Assembly (NCBI GenBank): GCA_002269645.1
Contig: NIVC01002868.1
Coordinates: 69,734-133,733 of the forward strand
DNA from: Macrostomum lignano
Taxonomy: Eukaryota
Length of the DNA stretch: 64,000 bases
Direction: 5' to 3'
Part shown: positions 49,254 through 61,300 of the stretch, one piece after another
Layout of the letters: each line of letters begins with the position of its first letter
How positions within the stretch are numbered: the stretch's first letter is position 1
Translations under genes and position numbers: made by a program
Notes under the pieces: generated by a model
Seen by the model: only the letters and a program-made list of their open reading frames with translations
What the model was told of the DNA's origin: nothing
The model's database searches: none

Positions 49254-50265
49254 GTTGCGCCCCACGCCAGCCACGGGAGTGGCCAAAAGGGGGGTGCGTC
49301 AAATCGCGCGTTTCAGAGCTAGGTCTCTAACGTGCTTCACACCGGCCGCCTGGCTGGGTGCTTGCGCGTCTTCAAAAAGGCGGTCGACGTAGCGGGCTGA
49401 TCGTCCCTGGCCACGCCTGCGCGGTCCCTGCGGGGTCCACAGCAGGACGTCCTGCAGCGGCTCTGGGCAGTAGGCTTCGGCCCGGATGACATGTCCGGCA
49501 AGCCGCAGGCGCCGCTGACTCAGCAGGGCAGAAGGCCGCGTCAGGCCTGTGCGCCTGTACAGGGACTCGGTTGTCTCGCTGCCAGGGCCGTGGCGGGCGC
49601 CGAAAGCGGCGCCGACTAGAGCCGCATGCACCGCGTCGAGCTGCGCCTCAAGCGCCCCGGTCAGCGTCCAGATCTCAGCATTGTACAGCAGGGCGGTCTC
49701 AACAACCGCCTGGAACAGCTGGGACCTGGCGCCGTCGGACAGGGCCTCGGAGAGCAGCAACGCCCGCACAGATCAGAAGGCAGCCCACGCCTTGCCGCGC
49801 CGTCTCGCTAGGTCGTCGCCGACGTCAGGCACCAGCCCGAGGTAGACGAACTGAAGGCACTTCGGGAGCGCCGTCCCGGGGCCATCACTGTCTCGAAGTC
49901 GAATCTCGGCGGGTAGATCATGTGGCACCGTCAGCACCTCGGTCTTCCTGGCGTTGATGACGAGACCGACCCTCGCCGCCGCCACAGTCAGGCCGTCCAC
50001 CAGCCGTTGGGCGCCTTCGGCCGTCGAAGACAGCAGGGCGAGGTCGTCCGCGTAGCCAAGGACAGACAGTTTCTTCCCCGGGTGCCGTCTACTGGTGCGC
50101 CTTTGCAGCAGAAAGCCGTCCTCTGATGTCGGCAGGCCGGTCCTGAGCACCCAGTCCATCACCAGCACGAAGAGAAAGGGCGCCAGAGTGTCACCCTGTA
50201 GCACTCCGGAGGTCGTGCTAAACAGTTCCGACGGTCCGTCTGGCGTCGCTACCGCGGCGGTGGTA
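49174..50265 (-). mobile_element. 5'-truncated RTE-clade LINE with (TAT)n tail
   Basis: GVLQGDTLAPFLF, YADDLAL, ALLYNAEIWTL, RRLRLAGHVIR; one in-frame TGA at 49773; ~80-bp AAT tail; candidate TSD AGCATA at 42574-42579 / 50266-50271. Confidence 0.9.
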
Positions 50266-50939
50266 AGCATAGCATTTATGGTTTAGCAGACATCTAGATG
50301 TACTTCTACTTGAGTTCAGCATTGAATAACCCAACAAGCGACAAAAGGCAGTTCATAAATTCCAACCGAATTTCTGATGAAACACAAATGCATGTAGATA
50401 AGTATTGTCCGGAGGGCTGGTAAAGCGCTATCGGAAACGACGTCCCACAACCAAGGGTTGGTCGATTTTCAGCCCGTTCCGCTGACTCCTGAGCATGTAC
50501 GAGAGCACGGATACTGCCGCAGGCACGCACTCACACACGCTCAACGACCACGGGGCCATCGAAAGATGAACGCAGATTTAGAATTTGATCGACTGCAATC
50601 GATATTTTGAAGGAGATGCACTCGTGTTGGTCCCACCACAGTAGGGACGCACTGATATCTCTTTTTTATTCCAGATAGCAAACATTTTACTTTGGCTGAC
50701 CGAGACTACGTGAACGTGACCTCTACCAGCGGGCCCTTCTACCGCAATGAGCAGCCCGTCAGGAGTCTGACTGAGTGCGTATATCGCTGCGAAGCTGACT
50801 GCCAGGCCGTGCTGTTCCACCTGGACGCCTGCCACCTGCTGAGATTTCCCGTTCTGCCGCACGTGCTGAAGAACGAGGCTGGGAAGTTCGCCATCCGTGT
50901 GTGAGGGACCGCCTGATTCGGAGCAAGGAGTCTCGGTTG

Positions 50940-51248
50940 CTGAAGCCTTCTGCTTGCTGAACTCTGTGATTTCTGACACCATCCGATTGCTGAACTCTGT
51001 GATTTCTGACACCATCCGATTGGTGAACTCTGTGATTTCTGAAACCCTCTGATTGCTGAACTCTGTGATTTCTGACACCATCCGATTGCTGAACTCTGTG
51101 ATTTCTGACACCATCCGATTGGTGAACTCTGTGATTTCTGAAACCCTCTGATTGCTGAACTCTGTGATTTCTGACACCATCCGATTGCTGAACTCTGTGA
51201 TTTCTGAAACCCTCTGGTTGCTGAACTCTGTGATTTCTGACACCATCT
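50940..51248. repeat. 33-bp minisatellite, ~9 copies
   Basis: GCTGAACTCTGTGATTTCTGACACCATCCGATT tandem. Confidence 0.95.
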
Positions 51249-52543
51249 GAGTTCAAATAAAATGAAAATTTTCACCGCCGAAAGGAAAGAATTTTAGCGG
51301 CTTCTGAGCAGTAGCTTAATGGTAAATAAATTTATTTTTTATCTTAATCAATCGAGGCAGCTGCAGCAGGCACAATGGCAGCAGTAGCAACCAAATCACA
51401 TATTGCTGCCTCACTATCGACTCTAGCATTATCAGATTTACAAAAATTCGAATAGGATTCCGAAGCGAACTTCAGGTGTTTCTACTTGCATCAGGAAAGT
51501 ACAGCACATGCTTGTGCGGCAGTAAAGATCCTATTGCGTGAAGCGAACACCAATGAAATGCCTTATAGAAATAATATATGTACTAGCTTTCAGTGCGAAT
51601 TAAGCTCAGCTTCCCCTTCTTCGTCTCCCTTTGCTGCCGCTTCCGCTGCTTCTCTACTCCTAGCCTAGACTCCTATATCCTGTAGAGACCTCCAATCATG
51701 GTAGCCTACTAGAAGTAGTAAGTTAAATTTGTGAACAAAAATTTAAAAATAGCTATGCGTCATACTCGTCATAATGCGTCATAATGCGTCACATTTCAGT
51801 AATATCACGAAAACAGCGAGTGACTATCCTATTGCTCGAAAAACTGGTTCTCAACATCTACTTTTAGAAATTCCAAATATGGTAAAATGGTAAATGTTAA
51901 TCGGAATGCGACCTAAGTCTCACCCTTTTCTATTCAAAATTCCACCTGTCAAGTAATAAAATTCCTTTCTTGACCTCAATCAAAAAACCGGTTTTGAGCT
52001 CAAGGTCGACTTAAGGCCGACAGATTGTGTATAAATACAAACTAAAAATCAGAGCTGAAATCTCAGACTCGGAGCAGCCTCAAGAGGACTTGAAAACATC
52101 CAAGAACTAAGAGGCTACATCTCTGAGGGAGAAGTACACCAATAGGTAAGCTTTGTTGGGGTCTGTTATTTGATTATTGAGAGCGATTTTATTACCGGCT
52201 GTTCAGTTGAAATTACTGAGTTTATTGAGCTTGAGGCCTCCCTTTTCCTAAGGGATTGGATAGGATCTTCGGACCGATTCCAATACTCTTAGAGGATTAT
52301 CGATCGATTTGATTTGGTACCCTAGAGTAACCGAAAGGGGCATACGACTCCGATTCCGTTATTTCTAGAAGACGACGCCCTTTCTGGAGGACCTCGTCCT
52401 TGTTATAGAGTTGACTTTGATATTAGGGCCCATCTCTGGTTTCTGCACTCGAGGAATGCTTCGACATCGACGGATTAAATCGTTACTTTCTCATATTTGA
52501 CCGATTTTTAGAATTAAAGAAGACTACTCCGGAGGAAGAAGAA

Positions 52544-52973
52544 GGGACGCTTTCATAAGACCTAAATTTCACAACGCCTAAAATATTTGCACGCTCTTTC
52601 ACATCGCCTAAATTTCACAACGCCTAAAATCAAAAGTGCAGCCTCCTTCACATCGCCTAAATTTCATATCGCTTAAATTTCACAACGCCTAAAATCTTTG
52701 CTTCTCTCCTTCACATTCAGTTTTAGGCGTTGTGTAATTTAGGCGATGTGAAGGAGGCTGCATATATTTTAGGCGATGTGAAATTTAGGCGATGTAAAGG
52801 AGGCTGCATATATTTTAGGCGTTGTGAAATTTAGGCGATATGAAATTTAGGCGTTGTGAAGGAGGCTGCATTTTCGATTTTAGGCGTTGTGAAATTTAGG
52901 CGTTATGAAATTTAGGTGATGTGAAGTCATGTGCTTTAGGCGTTGTGAAATTTAGGTCTTATGAAGCGCCCCC
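52544..52973. mobile_element. 430-bp fold-back MITE with 8-bp TSD
   Basis: GGG...CCC termini; inverted arrays of CCTAAATTTCACAACG; TSD AAGAAGAA at 52536-52543 / 52974-52981. Confidence 0.88.
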
Positions 52974-53379
52974 AAGAAGAATTGAAGAAACGAGCTCGGA
53001 GAACCGGCCCGACAAAGAAGAGGAGCCCGCACCAGTAAGTGATCACTGAACTTTGTTCCCAGGCTTGAGGTCTGGAAGTGGGAGTTCGAGTGTTTAGACA
53101 CTAGAATTACTTCTCTCTCTCCCTCTCTCTCTTTCTCTCTCTTTTTCCCTCTCTCTCTCTAGTGTGCTCAAGCGAACTCTTCACTCATTCTCTTCTCAGC
53201 TTCCGGTTCACTATCCTCTACACAGCCCAGGACTGGTGCTTGGTTCATGCTCATCGTGTTCCAAGTTTGAAGTTTTGGTATGCCACTCATTCGCCTCTGC
53301 CTTGCTTCCACAGACTTCTGCAGAGTCTCTTATATTCTTTTTATTACAAATTCAAATCGCGTACTCAACATGCATTGCC

Positions 53380-53755
53380 ACATCCGCTAGCATTTTTAGC
53401 CACAACTCACCAGCTGAGCCTCCAACGCCATTCACATCCGCTGGCATTTTTAGCCACAACTCACCAGCTGAGCCTACAACGCCATTCACATCCGCTGGCA
53501 TTTTTAGCCACAACTCACCAGCTGAGCCTACAACGCCATTCACATCCGCTAGCATTTTTAGCCACAACTCACCAGCTGAGCCTCCAACGCCATTCACATC
53601 CGCTGGCATTTTTAGCCACAACTCACCAGCTGAGCCTACAACGCCATTCACATCCGCTGGCATTTTTAGCCACAACTCACCAGCTGAGCCTACAACGCCA
53701 TTCACATCCGCTGGCATTTTTAGCCACAACTCACCAGCTGAGCCTACAACGCCAA
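53380..53755. repeat. 54-bp minisatellite, ~7 copies
   Basis: ACATCCGCT(A/G)GCATTTTTAGCCACAACTCACCAGCTGAGCCT(C/A)CAACGCCATTC tandem. Confidence 0.95.
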
Positions 53756-54023
53756 TTTGTTCAATCTTTAGTTCATCTTGATTCGAGAAATATTAGTACA
53801 GGCACATCCGCTGACTCTACCCAGTTTTAATTTATGCAACTTCTCAACATTTCGAATTGCTTTAAACAAAAAGTACACCTTCATAACTAATACTTCAGCT
53901 ACCGAAGCTTTGCATATTCAAACTTTGCTTATATAAAACAAAAATCTGACCCTGAATGGATGACCGCAAATCACGCTCAGATGCTATCGTTTTACGCTAT
54001 TTCAAACCTTGATTGTTACAAAA

Positions 54024-57000
54024 TTAAACACGCCGGAAGGAGCCAAGCGAGACAAAGCAGTTGCGAAATAGCAGGCAGCGGCCGAGTAAGCGGATCCCAA
54101 CCCCAATGAAGGGGAAGCTGGAAGGAGTGAAAGCAGGGGAAAGTAGAATTTGGTGGATGCAGCCTGCAGCTGCGAAGCCATGAAAGAAGCGGAGCGCTGG
54201 CGGCGCTACAGGGTAGAGCTGGCTGAAAAGTAGCGGAGAACAGCGTCTGATCTCCAGCCTCCAGGGCCCGAATGTCCGATTCTGACAATCCGATTTGATG
54301 GCAGAAGCTGGCACCCCCTCGCCAGATGCTGTGGCGGGAGAAACCAGCAGCTGGGAGGCCGCACGCAGCCAGACACGCACACACGAAGACAGCTGATGAA
54401 CTGGCTGGCTGAGAGCTCGCCTCCGTGGCCGTAGCCAAAGAGTGGCGTCATTGAGTCGCTGGTTGGTGACAGGTGCAGGTGAGACCGCAGGGCGCGCACA
54501 GGGCAGAGCGGTGACTCTTGAACAGGTGGCAGAAGAACGACATGCGGCGTCGACCTGAACTGGTTGGTCTTGGACTTAGGGAGGGCCAACTTCCAGCAGC
54601 CAGATGAAGCCGACAGGCAGGCCCGCTAGACAGAGTGGCTGCCGCGGGCCGATAGGAAGTCGCCAAGGCGCAACATGCCCCACCAGCCCACCAGGAGAGC
54701 CGCCCAGAAAACGGCCCAGAGATCTGCGCTTGAGATGGAGCGCGGGAGCTGCTGATGGATGCTCTTGAGGTGCTCGATGGTCAGCGGCTTCGCCTGTTTG
54801 CATCACAGGCCCAGATGACGTTTGGCGCCGCGGAGGGCCAGCTGCACGGTGAAGTCTTTCGCTGGGTCGGGGGCGCCGGTGGCTTGGTGCAGAAACGATC
54901 GGAGGCTGGAGAAGGACCGGAGCCGGGTGATCACCAGGTGCGCGATGTAAGCGGCAGAGCAGGTCACCGTCAGCTGGAGATGAAGGGCGGCCTGTGCCAA
55001 AACAGAAGGCTTCCCAAGAGCGCAGCTAGCTGAGTTAGGATCGCCAGGAGTTCTCCGCCAGGCCGAGGCGGCTCAGGTGTCCGGCGGACACAGCGCAGGG
55101 GGCGGGCGGCATCTCCGGAGGGCGAGGGCGACCTGCAAAAGGTGGCGAGATTGAGAAGCGGCAGAGAGCGCGTGCGACGCAAACTCAAGCGGGAAGATCA
55201 TGAGCGTACGGTGCAAAAGTTAATGAGCTCAAACTGCGAGGCAAACATGTGGGAAGCGGCATCAGCAAAAATCTACATGCGACCAGGAAGGTGAAAGGCC
55301 TCCAAACTGATGCTGTTCCTGATGCACAGCAGAGCCACAGTCTGGTACACCTGCAGGAACCGCGGGTCACGACAGCTCAGCCGAATGATCATGCCAGCCG
55401 CAGCGGTGCTGTCGGTGTAGATGACAATTTTCAGTTTTTTTAGCTGAGAGCGACGGTGCAGGATGATCAGCAAAGGTGCCAGAGCCTCCTTGAAGCTGAT
55501 ATGAGCATCATTGAACACACCACCGCAGTCCAGCTCCCAGTTGATGACACCCCAGAAACTATCGGCACCCCAGATGACTGCGGCTGCGCCCGACCGGCTG
55601 CTGTCAGTCTCCATGGCAAACCCCTCATCAAAGCGCGGCCACAAAGACACCGGGGGGAGCCAAGCTAGGGCTCTGAGCCACCAAGACAGTTTGGCGCGGG
55701 TCTCATCGGTCACTCAAAGCTTGCAGTCAACGGCAGTTGTCTGCCAGTCAAAGAGCGGACGCAGGATGACTCTGACATGAGGGACAATCTGACAGAACCA
55801 GCCAAGCTTGCCAATCAGCTTCTGAGCAGAGCGCAGGTGCACCCGAGTCTCCAAGCAGGTTTGACTCAGCAGCTTTGTCTTCTCGAGAGCTATCTCTTCG
55901 GGCAGCGACGTGGTGCCAGTAGCGGTTTTGATGCGCACGCCAAGGAAGTCGATGCCTCGCGTAGGCCTGACAACCTTGTCCCAGTTGATGGCAAAGCCGA
56001 GGCGCTGCAAGATGTCCAGCAGGCAATTGAAAGCAGCGAAAGCCCCGGACTCGGATTTCCCAGCGACTGCCCAGTCATCCAGGTAGTTCTCCGTGGCAGA
56101 AAAGCCAAGCCGGTGCATGTGCCGGGTAACAACGGCTGAAAGACGTTGGAAAACTTCGCAAGCAGCTTTGGCGCCGAAGGGAAGCCTGGTGTCGCAGAGC
56201 AGACTGTCCAGGCTGTCCGAGTCAAACCACCAGGCGAGGCCGACGAGCCGGTAGTCAGCAGGCCTGATTGGCACGGACCTGTAGGCGCTTTTGAGATTAA
56301 TTTTGGCCATGTAGTGTCCCGGACGGAGATGACGAACCAGCTGCTGGACAGTGCAGTACTTAATGTGCTTCTGTTGGTCGTAGCAGTCGTTGCAGACAGA
56401 CCGGCCGGTCGGATAGGACAGGTCATGGATCAGGCGGACCCGTCCGTCGGACTTGGGAACGGCGCCGATGGGGTTGACTTTGATCGGGCCGCTCCACCGG
56501 ATGTACCTCGCAAAGCGCAGCTCCTCCTCGACCTGGGCTTCCACAGCAGAGCAGTGCAGCAGGGCGGAGGCGTGGTTCTTGGACGAATTCAAAGGCGGCT
56601 GGCCAGCATTGGTGAGAGCGAGACTGTTGACGACGCCTTGCATCAGAAAATTATAGTCTGGGTCGTCGCTGAGCAGAGCACTCCAGGCGTCAGGTTGCAG
56701 GTCAGACGAGATGGGCAGCGAAGAAGTAAAAGCAGAGAATTCGGAATTAAAAACAGAGATGTCAGCTGGATAAAATGGCATCAGTTTTTGCACTCGCACA
56801 GCTGTCCGGTGAGAGATGGGTGCGGCGACTGCGTGTGAGCGTGGGCTGGGTGCGATGCCAGGCAGCCTTGGATTTTGCAGACGTGGCGGAACTTGCAGTT
56901 CTGGCGGCTGCACCCCGACTCGGAGTTAAAAACGCAGACAGATCGGCCTGGATGCTGCCGGGATTTTCTGCTGGCTGGGCTGCTTAGTGAATATAAACGG

Positions 57001-58019
57001 CAGGTTTCTGGGGGCGTTGAGGTGCTTGTGGTACAGCTGAGGGGGCTCCTCACCCCACGCCATGCCCGACTCCGCCACCAGCCTTCGGTAGTCCTCGACA
57101 AACTCCCAGATTACGGACTCCGAGTAGTCAGCGGCCAGCAGCTCTCTGATCTTGCGATTGTAGTCAAGGTAGGCAAGGACGTTAGTCAGGAGACCATCAG
57201 TGCTTCCGGCAGCCGCCGGGAGTTTTTCCTTGATCAGCTTTTGCAGGATGATTGAGTTAGCCGCGATCCACTGACCCGCAGAGATACTGGACAGCTTCGG
57301 CTCCTGCTTTCTGAATATGAGAGAGCCATTCTCCATTGTGGCGATCAGTTGCTCCTGACTTTCAGAGCCGGGTCCTCTGGCTAGCTTGATGTAGTCTCTG
57401 ACGAGATGCAACTTGCGAGTCGGAGCCTGGCAATAATTAGCCTGAAGCTAAGCCGCCTCCCTCATCCCAGATTCAAAAACTTTGGGCAACTGCAGACTGG
57501 CATCTGCGTTATGCTCACCTGATGATGATGCTGGCTGGGGCTGAGCCGTCAAGCGCTGCCGAGTGTGAAGCTGTTGCTGAAGATCTCGACGACGGCCTTC
57601 CAGGACTTGCAGTTCGAGCAGCTCCACCTCCTGCTGCAGCACCGCCAGCCGGTCACTCTCCGCCCCCCGGAGGCGCCTCGCTGCGCTGCCGATGCCGTCC
57701 TCGGCGTCCGGAGCAGAAGTCATCTTGGAGTTGTTGAAGTCTTCGTCAGCTCGCTCTAAACCGAGTGCAGTGGACAAGCGCTTGGCGAGCTTTTGTTTGC
57801 GGCCCGTAGTAGGCAGGCCTCTGTTTCGCAACTCAGCATTGAGTTGGCGCACGTTTAGTCACTTTGGGCTGGCACTCATGACGGTGGCTGAGCAAAAAAA
57901 TTGAGACAAGCCGGGCCGGGTGCAGAGGCTTTAAGCTGGCCGGCGCGGCCAACAACCCCACACCTTAACCCCCGCCAGAGTTCAGAGGCATGTACAGCGG
58001 CACCCTCCGGCGTGTCTAA
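54024..58019 (-). mobile_element. Decayed tyrosine-recombinase retrotransposon (Ngaro/DIRS type): gag, RT/RNase H, YR
   Basis: gag 57852-56781 with SAP and a C-terminal Cys/His cluster; overlapping RT (PIGAVPK, RLIHDLSYP, LPFG, YLDD); RNase H (ETDSS, FKEALA, YTDS); YR (GMLRLGDF, KSKTNQ, CPVRAL, HSIWRGG, GGWRSDAVLRY); in-frame stops and frameshifts. Confidence 0.9.
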
Positions 58020-58369
58020 CACACCTTACTCAGAGAGTAACGATTGCAATATTTGTTTATTTATAGTAATGTATATTCATACACACAAATTTATTTATGA
58101 GTTATAATTGATTTGAGTTACTTAATTTTCAAGATCATTGCGTCATCACGATAACTAGCAGTAACATTGCCTCATTACGACATCACGGTAACCACTTAAC
58201 TTCATCCAGACCAACTGCTCAGCCTCACAGCGTCATCTAGACCCACTGCTCAGCCTTACAGCTTCATCCAGACATTTGTTTACTCTTTCGAACTCTTAAA
58301 GAAACTATGAATCAATGAATAAATATTACATTCTGCAGTCGACGCAGATGTTAAATTTACAAAAGCACT

Positions 58370-61300
58370 TTAAACGGTTGCAAGAGTGTGCCAATTTGAC
58401 GTCAGGAACTCGTGCTGCATCAGCTCCTCTGCAGACTTGCGCTCTCTTCTATCCTTAGCAGTGCAGCAGCCGTAGAAGTCAATTAGTTGAGCAGAGCAAC
58501 CATCTGGAAGGTCTGGGGCACCGTTTTTATCCAGCTGATAGGCCAACTGCAGGAAGTTTTTAATCCCAGCGTAGGGCCTGATCCCGGATGCCATCTGGTA
58601 GAGCGAGCAGCCGAGCGCCCAGATGTCCGACTCTCTGCTGTACCGCGGGTTTGCCAGACCTTCAGGCGCCACCAGCTCCGGCGCCATGAAGTTCAACGTG
58701 CCTTTTGGTGTCGCTGCGGAAGCTGAATAGTGGCTGACCGACTCCTCCAGTTTGATTGACAAGCCGAAGTCGATCAGTTTAATCTGGACGTTGTCAGCGA
58801 GTACAATAATGTTGGCGCAGTTGATGTCCCTGTGGATCACGGGCCGTTGTCTTCCGTGCATGTACTCCAGTGCGCTGCAGATCTGCCAGCCAAATTGAAA
58901 AGCAGTCATGGTGATTTGCATTTACGTTTGGTAGTCAGACAATCTCACACAGTGTGCAGCCTAGCTGGGGTATGACACACGAGCTACATCAACGCTAATC
59001 TTCCCTTTAGCGATGTATGCAGTAATTTAGGGTTTTAATTTTAAATTGGGGACCCTTTCATCTCCAAACTTACAATTATTTTGGATAAACTGTCGTTTGA
59101 AAAATATGAGAAACCACGAAATGATAAATCTCGAAAGAGGTGAATACATACGTGTACATGTACCTTTCAGTTTGATAAATAATCTCTTGAATGTCACTTT
59201 GAAACAGCAATTTATAGCTCCCTGGTTCCCTATAGAGATGCGATATGCTAAAATGCGTCAAAAGTCCGTTTAAAGGACGCTTGCACTTTTAGCAAATAAA
59301 GTGTCGTGTGCGGTAACAAAGTACAGCACCCCGCTGCGGAATCTGAGAAGTTTCATATAAGGTTGAATTCTATTCACTCTCCATAAAAACTTTCCTCAGG
59401 TTCCTGACTGTTCTATAGTTTATAAAAAGACGTGTGAACAAAATCCGATTCTCTTACCTGTGTGCAGAACTTCCAAGTCGTAGCTTCTTCTAGGGGCTTT
59501 TCTTGAAGAAACCTTTCTAATGACTGGCCACTAAGGAGCTCCATGAATATCACAACCGTTATTTGCTCCTGCTGAGCAATGTACATGAATCGGACGATGT
59601 TCTCATGCCATAGTAAGCACATATTCCTCTCGCTTTCAACAGCTTTGTTAACTTTTTCAGACAAGACGTGACGATCGTCTCCCAACTGCATGGGAAATCT
59701 GAGAGTCTTTGCGACGCATCTGACCTCTCTGTCGGTGAACACTTCGTTAACGTCGCCGAAGCCGCCACGTCCGAGCAAAATCTTGTTGGACCAACTCCTC
59801 CAAAAGGGTTTGCTGAAATGTTTGTCAATAAAATACAGTTTTGTTTGTTATTTTCACGCCAGGTGTCATGACCCGTACGGACGACGTTTTTTAGTGACCA
59901 ACTATGTGGCAGAACAAGTGACATGCACATGTGACACGAGAAAAACTATGAGTTTCATCTTTTATATTTATAATATTTATTTGAAGGCCTCTATGCAGTG
60001 TTGTAAGTAATGCAATGTTGTATCGTTTTGTAACAAAATTACAAAGGTTAACTCACGGTGGTTCAATCGGCTCGTCGAAGTAACCCTTTCCATCGTATCT
60101 GCATTGCATGGAGATTATGCATGTGCATCATATATTATTAAATATCGTGCTAAGGTTCAATAGATTTCGTATAAGCATACTGATAAATGCATTTGGTGTT
60201 TTGGGTATTTGGTTGCATCCCTTAACTTTATGGCAGACTTCTTGAACGAATTCATCGGAGATTATGGCCAGAGAATCCTTACACCAGATTATTTTGACTA
60301 ACTCTGCTGAAAAGTGGGGCGTACATCCTGAAATATGTCGGTCAAATGTCGACGCAATGTAAATTTTTTATTTGCTAGCGTCGTAGATGGACTTCGAAAA
60401 CGTCGGCCAAAATGCAACATTGCCGAAGTCGAGTTACTGTACTGGTATGCGCCACCCCTTCATGTTGCAAGAGTTGTGACCTGTAATACTCTGCATCAAC
60501 GGAACCACCATCAGATTTGAATCTTGATTCCGTCGAGATAAATGCTATGACCCGGCCAACACTGTTCATGCAATTTTGAGCAAACGTGGACTTCCGAAAA
60601 ATGTGCATCGATACAACCGTAACTTCTAGCGGCTTTCATTTTTTAGATTACGTTTTCAAATGAGTAAATTGGCAGCTTACCCACTCAGCAGCTCAACTAA
60701 TCCGTCAGATCTATACGGATTCTTAGTAGCCAAGTTCAAGGCAGTCCTGCCCTTTCGTTCGATGGCCGTCCAGTCAGATCCGGCAGACAGCAGAACCCAG
60801 CCCACCGCGTCAGCATTGCTGAGTCTCTCCGCACTGGCCGCCACCATCAAGGGTGTGAGTCCGAACTGGGCTGTGCTGTTTGATGACGCTCCAGCATCCA
60901 TTAGCGCATTAGCTGCGATGGGGCTACCGCTGCCAGCTGCCCGATGCAGACAGCTCTCTCCTGACACCGCTGCGCAGGTGGCATCAGCCAGTTGCAGCAG
61001 GCGAGCCCACAATTCCGGATCATTCAGTTCCTTGTTGGCAGCTGCCCACATTGGCAGGGTGAAGCCGCGGGCGTCAGGCAGGTCGCAGTTGCTTCGAGTC
61101 ACAACTCGTCGCAGCTCCATCGCGTCACCGGATCTTGCCAGCTGCTCCAGTTCAGCTCTGATCGCCTCTTCCTAAATATTTTTGCAAGAATTTTACAAAT
61201 TCTAAAAGCATACAAAAGACTTGCCATTTATGAGCTAGGAGCAGGCAGCGAGAGACAAGCCAGGGAATACTAGAAGCTACCATTGTATGCTGTTACTTAC

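Larger units (their letters stand above)
42104..50904 (+). pseudogene. Secreted WSC-domain + PAN/apple-like protein gene, disrupted
   Basis: Exon 42104-42512 has a signal peptide and WSC domain (LGCFVD...MTVQLCSEIC...YFGVQYSSSCFCG...CNMECSG...CGG). Removing the inserts gives an 85-nt phase-1 intron. The downstream exon from 50290 stays in frame but has stops. The last exon 50675-50904 has ECVYRCEADCQAVLF...CHL. Confidence 0.7.

Noticed and set aside
48600-49322. GDACYL/poly-Ile 240-aa ORF
   Set aside because: Made of the 18-bp minisatellite, the Helitron end and the LINE AAT tail.
50578-51275. SEITEFS-repeat ORFs on the minus strand
   Set aside because: A 33-bp minisatellite open in three frames, antisense to the PAN exon.
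53162-53830. Mucin-like HNSPAEPTTPFTSAGIFS repeat protein
   Set aside because: A 54-bp minisatellite open in several frames with no credible start or domain; cannot be fully excluded as an exon.
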